64,000 nt of DNA. Origin: Candidatus Latescibacterota bacterium. GTDB lineage: Bacteria; Latescibacterota; UBA2968. Positions 59,963 through 64,000 of the stretch are shown piece by piece. The notes beneath the pieces were generated by a model. That model saw only the letters and a list, made by a program, of their open reading frames with translations. It had not been told where the DNA came from and made no database searches. The translations under genes were made by a program, and so were the position numbers. How positions within the stretch are numbered: position 1 is the first letter of the stretch; every line of letters starts with the position of its first letter. The DNA is taken from the NCBI GenBank assembly GCA_965208125.1, contig OZ242320.1:4032001-4096000 (forward strand). Direction: 5' to 3'.

Positions 59963-60469
59963 CTATCTCGGTCCCTTGTATTTCCTACCGCGATCAGCCA
60001 CACGGCGCTCTCTGACCAGCGCCATGATTGGAACCCCATAGCCGCAACTCGTTTGCGTTTTTTCAATGTTCACTTCAATCACTTGCCGAGGTTTCTTCAA
60101 TTCTTGAGCAGGTCTTTTGAGCATCTTACGTGCGAGAAGCGAGTCGTCAAGCTCAACGATATGCGCCTGTCCATAGAGTCGGACAATGCCCGCATCACCT
60201 TCCTCAAATGAGCACACCATGATCGTGATTGGACCTCCAGAGATCGCATGACGCGCTGTCTCGTTCCCACTGCCGGGATAGTCGAGGTAGGCAACGCGAT
60301 TTGGCGTGAGAATATGCAAGGGTGTTCCACCCTTTGGCGACAAATTTACAGCACCTGTCCCATCAGGTCCGTTTTCCAAATTTGGATCGGCTGTCGCCAC
60401 AAAGAATAGGGGAGCGTTCTCGATGAGCGCGGCCTGCTCATCCGTTATAGAAGTGTATTGCGTTGCCAT
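59963..60469 (-). CDS. Pyridoxamine 5'-phosphate oxidase-like FMN-binding protein
   Basis: FFVATA, VNLSPKG, YLD..GSGNET..H, SCGYGVP. Confidence 0.88.
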   Translation of the reverse strand: MATQYTSITDEQAALIENAPLFFVATADPNLENGPDGTGAVNLSPKGGTPLHILTPNRVAYLDYPGSGNETARHAISGGPITIMVCSFEEGDAGIVRLYGQAHIVELDDSLLARKMLKRPAQELKKPRQVIEVNIEKTQTSCGYGVPIMALVRERRVADRGRKYKGPR

Positions 60470-60486
60470 TTCGCGTATGTCTCCTT

Positions 60487-60915
60487 TTAGCGGCGGTATT
60501 TGGCTAACTCGGTTTTGACCTTGTGGAAAAGATCAGGCTGAATTTCCGGATAGGTCAGTTTTTCCGGAAGATCATTATCGAGAGAGATTTCCGATATTTC
60601 AGAATTGGGCATTTTCTTCAGTTTTTCTACGTGAGCGTGAAACAGGAGGCCATAAGAGGTCCGTTCCTCGTGTTCTACCGAATATGCACAGAGTCTCTTC
60701 AGTTCAAAAACTTCTGCGCCAGTCTCCTCCTGTAGTTCTCTTGCCGCAGCCTCCATCGGCTTCTCCCCAGGCTCAATGTGTCCGCCGGGAATTTCCCATG
60801 TATCTCTGTCTTTGTGTTTGCAGAAGATCCATTTGCCTTTGGTCTCAGCAACAATAACTACGTATGTGAGATCGCTATCTGTGATAGTTCCCATTTCGGG
60901 ACATGAAACGACCAC
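60487..60915 (-). CDS. NUDIX hydrolase (YtkD-like)
   Basis: Nudix box GGHIEPGEKPMEAAARELQEETG. Confidence 0.92.
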   Translation of the reverse strand: MVVSCPEMGTITDSDLTYVVIVAETKGKWIFCKHKDRDTWEIPGGHIEPGEKPMEAAARELQEETGAEVFELKRLCAYSVEHEERTSYGLLFHAHVEKLKKMPNSEISEISLDNDLPEKLTYPEIQPDLFHKVKTELAKYRR

Positions 60916-61146
60916 TTAATTTCTCCAGAGCTTAACATTGAGAGGTTTTGTCCGTCCGGCTCTGTGTGCTACAATGGCCTCATCGGCCAACCGCTCCAGT
61001 AAATCCTCGGACTCAGGGCGGCTAAATAACTCAGCCCATCGCTGATCCGACTCAAGTTCGGCCATCAGGAAACGCGCAAATTGATCCTGTTTCTCTTGTG
61101 GGAGTTTGGTGGCTCTCTCAAAAGCTTTTTGAAGAAGTGGGGTCAT
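60916..61146 (-). CDS. Small addiction-module antitoxin-like protein
   Basis: LLQKAF....LP...QD..A...AEL..DQRW...F.......L..LADEA.....G.T; no toxin ORF follows. Confidence 0.6.
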   Translation of the reverse strand: MTPLLQKAFERATKLPQEKQDQFARFLMAELESDQRWAELFSRPESEDLLERLADEAIVAHRAGRTKPLNVKLWRN

Positions 61147-61545
61147 TTTTTTCCTATGAAAACTACCACTTTATACTCAATCTCGATATCTACTTCGCTA
61201 CCTGATTTGCGCCCATTGAGCGTCCAATAAAATGACAGAAGCTCCTGGGCTTCCTCTATGGAGTCAAACTTAAAATTGGTCTCCAAAATATGACTCTCAA
61301 AACCTCTTTTATGCCACCAGGATGAATCACTGGAAATATCGCGCTCAAAAAGACCGCAGAATTCGTCATCTCCTGCATTATCTACAATGCAGATCGGACC
61401 TTGAGGCTTGATTACTCTGATCAATTCCTCTAATCCCTCTTTTCCATATCCTATAGCAGGAAAAAAATACGCCCATGTAGCATAGGCTCCCTCAAAAGAG
61501 TTCGATCGGAAAGGAAGCTCCTGTGCAATACCTCTGACCCAGGGA
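61143..61545 (-). pseudogene. 3' half of a class I SAM methyltransferase
   Basis: Frame continues upstream of 61424 as WVRGIAQELPFRSNSFEGAYATWAYFF...LEELIRVIKPQG; N-terminal GxG motif and start are missing. Confidence 0.65.
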
Positions 61546-61963
61546 AGGGGATGAGGAATGAGAATCCATGGCAGTCGGCAATGTGCTTCATGGCCAGCAA
61601 AATTTCTCGGCTGTACCCTTGTCCCTGGTAATCCGGTCTGATATCGACTCCCAATGCACAGAGAGTTGTACGGTTCTGAGGTTCTCCTCTCAAGCCCAAT
61701 TCCAGCGCTGATGTCCAGCCTTCTGGTAAGTCTTCGTCATGGCCGGTCCACGGGATGGGGATTGCAATACTATAGGCAGCCAGTTGATCTCCAGATTCAC
61801 AGTAATAGAGTTGAAACTGGGGAAACTTCGCGAGCAACTGGGCTGTTATTTCTTTAGGCCCCTCAGCATGAAAGATGAACTCGGGCCAGTTTGTCCGTGA
61901 ATTCCATTTCTGCTCTTGTAGTTCGGGGCATTCTGCATGCGAATACACTGCCAACTTTTTCAC
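61546..61963 (-). pseudogene. 5' part of a GNAT acetyltransferase, C-terminally truncated
   Basis: GTG 61963; WPEFI, LPEGW, LCAL...RPDYQGQGYS; breaks after GFSFLI into out-of-frame MTase sequence. Confidence 0.6.
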
Positions 61964-61982
61964 AGTATTTTTGTAATTCCTT

Positions 61983-62831
61983 CTAATTGATTCTACGCCG
62001 AGAGGTTCTATTGATAGCGTCAGCCAGCAATTGGAATCCCCCGTCACGTTTATAGGTGCTTAGCCAATCTCCGCTTACAAATTCAAAATCGCCGGTCTCT
62101 GTATTGAGCGCACCAATACATCCTTCGTTGATAACCTGTAATTCTGGATCTCTGGGGTTGCTCACCACACTGGCGACCTGTATGCACTCTGTCTCATACA
62201 CTTTTCTCGGGGCGACTGGATGGTGAAAGTGTCCAAATACATGGTAGCGAGGTTTCGATGTCCTCAGATATTCGAGCAAAGTCTGAGGTCCTTCGGCGAG
62301 GTTATCAGCATCGGCGCCAACTCCAAATCCTCCTTCGTGTGAAACGAGAATATCTATACCGTTTGGATGGTTGTGTTGAAGAGCCTCCGGGTCTCCTCCT
62401 TCACAAAAGCCAATCACTTCCTTTCCCACCTCAAATATAAAGCCGTCAGGTACGCACTCGAAGAGACCATGCGGGTCGAGTGGAATGGGTACAGAAGATT
62501 TTGTCTCTATAGCATTTCGAATAGCAGAGAATTCGTCGTGATTGCCTGCTACCACAAGGATCGAAGATGTCAATTGCGCCCGTGTATCCCGTGCGAGTTG
62601 TGCATTTGGCCCCTCTGCCAGGATGAGGCTACACAAATCGTACACAGCCGGATCCCACTGGGAGAATCTATCGTAGGGAATCTCACCATTCTGCGGTAGT
62701 GGCATAACCCCCAGATCACCAACTTGAACGACAAGGTCAAACTTCTTTTTTCGCATTGACTGCCAGGTCAGAAGAATGGCAAGGGCATGGCAGGCGCGTC
62801 CGTGTATATCACCTATGAAACCTATAATCAA
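61983..62831 (-). CDS. Calcineurin-like metallophosphoesterase
   Basis: GDIHG, VGDLG, GNHD, LVSHE, FGHFH; TTG start. Confidence 0.88.
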   Translation of the reverse strand: MIIGFIGDIHGRACHALAILLTWQSMRKKKFDLVVQVGDLGVMPLPQNGEIPYDRFSQWDPAVYDLCSLILAEGPNAQLARDTRAQLTSSILVVAGNHDEFSAIRNAIETKSSVPIPLDPHGLFECVPDGFIFEVGKEVIGFCEGGDPEALQHNHPNGIDILVSHEGGFGVGADADNLAEGPQTLLEYLRTSKPRYHVFGHFHHPVAPRKVYETECIQVASVVSNPRDPELQVINEGCIGALNTETGDFEFVSGDWLSTYKRDGGFQLLADAINRTSRRRIN

Positions 62832-62891
62832 TTTAAGTTCCTTCTACCAAATAGTCCCTTCTGTAGAATGGTATAATTTTATTTTTATTCA

Positions 62892-63020
62892 TCAACGTTC
62901 AGTAGATAGTAGATCGTCCCTAATGCTTGCGCAAATCTCATTCATTTGATCTTCACTTACTCTTTCTTCTGGGGAGACTCCCCAAATACTTGAGCACTGC
63001 GCCGGTCGGCTACCGTTCAT
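62892..63020 (-). CDS. 42-aa small ORF or internally deleted gene remnant
   Basis: AGAGG RBS + ATG 63020; MNGSRPAQCSSIWGVSPEERVSEDQMNEICASIRDDLLSTER*. Confidence 0.35.
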   Translation of the reverse strand: MNGSRPAQCSSIWGVSPEERVSEDQMNEICASIRDDLLSTER

Positions 63021-63029
63021 ATCGGCCTC

Positions 63030-63620
63030 TTATTGTATCTTTATGTCATCTGGCGTTTTCGCTTTTCCCGAATCTTGGGCTTTGTTTATTCGAAATCCAA
63101 GTTGTGTAATTTTACCACCACCGAAATCGTTGTCTTCAATTTCGTCGAGTTCGGGGGCTCGAAAGAAGCCGACTTTTGTAAAAAGATTGATGCTTGGCTG
63201 ATTGTGCTCGTATATCCCGGCCACAATATATTCGAGGTCGAATTCTCTGAAGATAAAGTCCACTGAGATTTGCACAGCTTCAGTTCCGTATCCCTTAAAT
63301 CTGAAAGGCTTATAGATCCAGATGCCCAGATCTGGTTCAAGGTGAACTGGCGCAAGGCTGATGCGACCAACGGGAACTTGATCCTTCAAACGAACAATAG
63401 TGGCATTGAACCGTTGTGGCGGTCTGTCCGGGTTGGTAAAAAGTGCAAGGAAATCCTTGTAGGATTCCCAATAGTGCGTCGTATTGAAGTTTCTCTGCGT
63501 TGAGATATCCTTCCACGTTTGGTAGAATGGTCTATAATCTTCCATCAGGAACTCGGTGAGGCCAACTGCTCTTCCTTTGATGTAGAAGTTCCGGCAGTCT
63601 TTGACGTTGTCAATAGTCAT
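63030..63620 (-). CDS. RimJ/RimL-type GNAT acetyltransferase
   Basis: LGIWI...FRFKGYGTEA, N.PSI.LF.KVGF. Confidence 0.85.
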   Translation of the reverse strand: MTIDNVKDCRNFYIKGRAVGLTEFLMEDYRPFYQTWKDISTQRNFNTTHYWESYKDFLALFTNPDRPPQRFNATIVRLKDQVPVGRISLAPVHLEPDLGIWIYKPFRFKGYGTEAVQISVDFIFREFDLEYIVAGIYEHNQPSINLFTKVGFFRAPELDEIEDNDFGGGKITQLGFRINKAQDSGKAKTPDDIKIQ

Positions 63621-63629
63621 CAGGGTTCT

Positions 63630-64000
63630 TTATCCGAGTTTGTGTGTAGCAATCTCGTACATTTCGTTTGTGCAGGTCTTGAGTACTTTCAGGAGGTCGG
63701 GATATGGTTCGCCGTAGCCGGTGAGCAATCCGGAATGCTGGCGGTCCTGTTTTTGAGCGACGAGGTTGGAGGCGTCGATCAGGCCGCAATAGTGCCAGCC
63801 AATAAATTCTGGGCGTGCAAAGGCGTTCCGAAAGAACTCATCGGTCCATTCGGCTCGCTGTTCAATGTTGTCGGCCACGGGGCCGTAGGGCCGTGGCATG
63901 GTGTCTGTGATCATCGTGAAAGCAGAATCGCCATTGATCAGCGGCTTGTCGGCGGTCCTGTACCAGCGATCTAACCCGGGTTTTTGCACTTCGTATCGCG
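63630..64000 (-). CDS. Partial (3' end) glycoside hydrolase, beta-agarase/GH50-like
   Basis: KPLINGD..F, FIGWHYCG..D, HSGLL...GEPY. Confidence 0.5.
   Translation of the reverse strand, partial: RYEVQKPGLDRWYRTADKPLINGDSAFTMITDTMPRPYGPVADNIEQRAEWTDEFFRNAFARPEFIGWHYCGLIDASNLVAQKQDRQHSGLLTGYGEPYPDLLKVLKTCTNEMYEIATHKLG

Noticed and set aside
1-64000. tRNA, rRNA, riboswitch, prophage or IS elements
   Set aside because: None recognisable by eye; intergenic regions are short. A covariance-model search was not possible

Overview
Bacterial chromosomal window (~50% GC, diderm: Omp85 protein, TonB-dependent receptor, Tat protein), densely coding with ~65 CDSs. I found no rRNA, tRNA, CRISPR array, integrase or transposase. 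Content: seven PhyH-type Fe(II)/2OG oxygenases, two sulfatase-fold proteins, a heparinase II/III, sucC, dnaK, transaldolase and msrP. This profile resembles marine-sponge symbiont lineages such as Latescibacterota/Poribacteria (inference only). Highlights: (1) several two-gene toxin-antitoxin-like modules in which the toxin/partner is cut down to a short stub while the antitoxin stays intact; (2) an XPB helicase and its DUF790/Bax1 nuclease partner separated by MTase-MNT-DUF5069x2-Smr-Sir2 genes; (3) a PhyH paralog with a halogenase-like HxA motif; (4) a heparinase / DUF6785-like membrane protein / Thr-type sulfatase operon; (5) sigma54-type promoters with candidate enhancers upstream of dnaK and the Omp85 gene; (6) a ~28.5 kb all-minus-strand run whose distal part is an accessory gene array with deletion scars. 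Family names come from motif recognition, not database searches.
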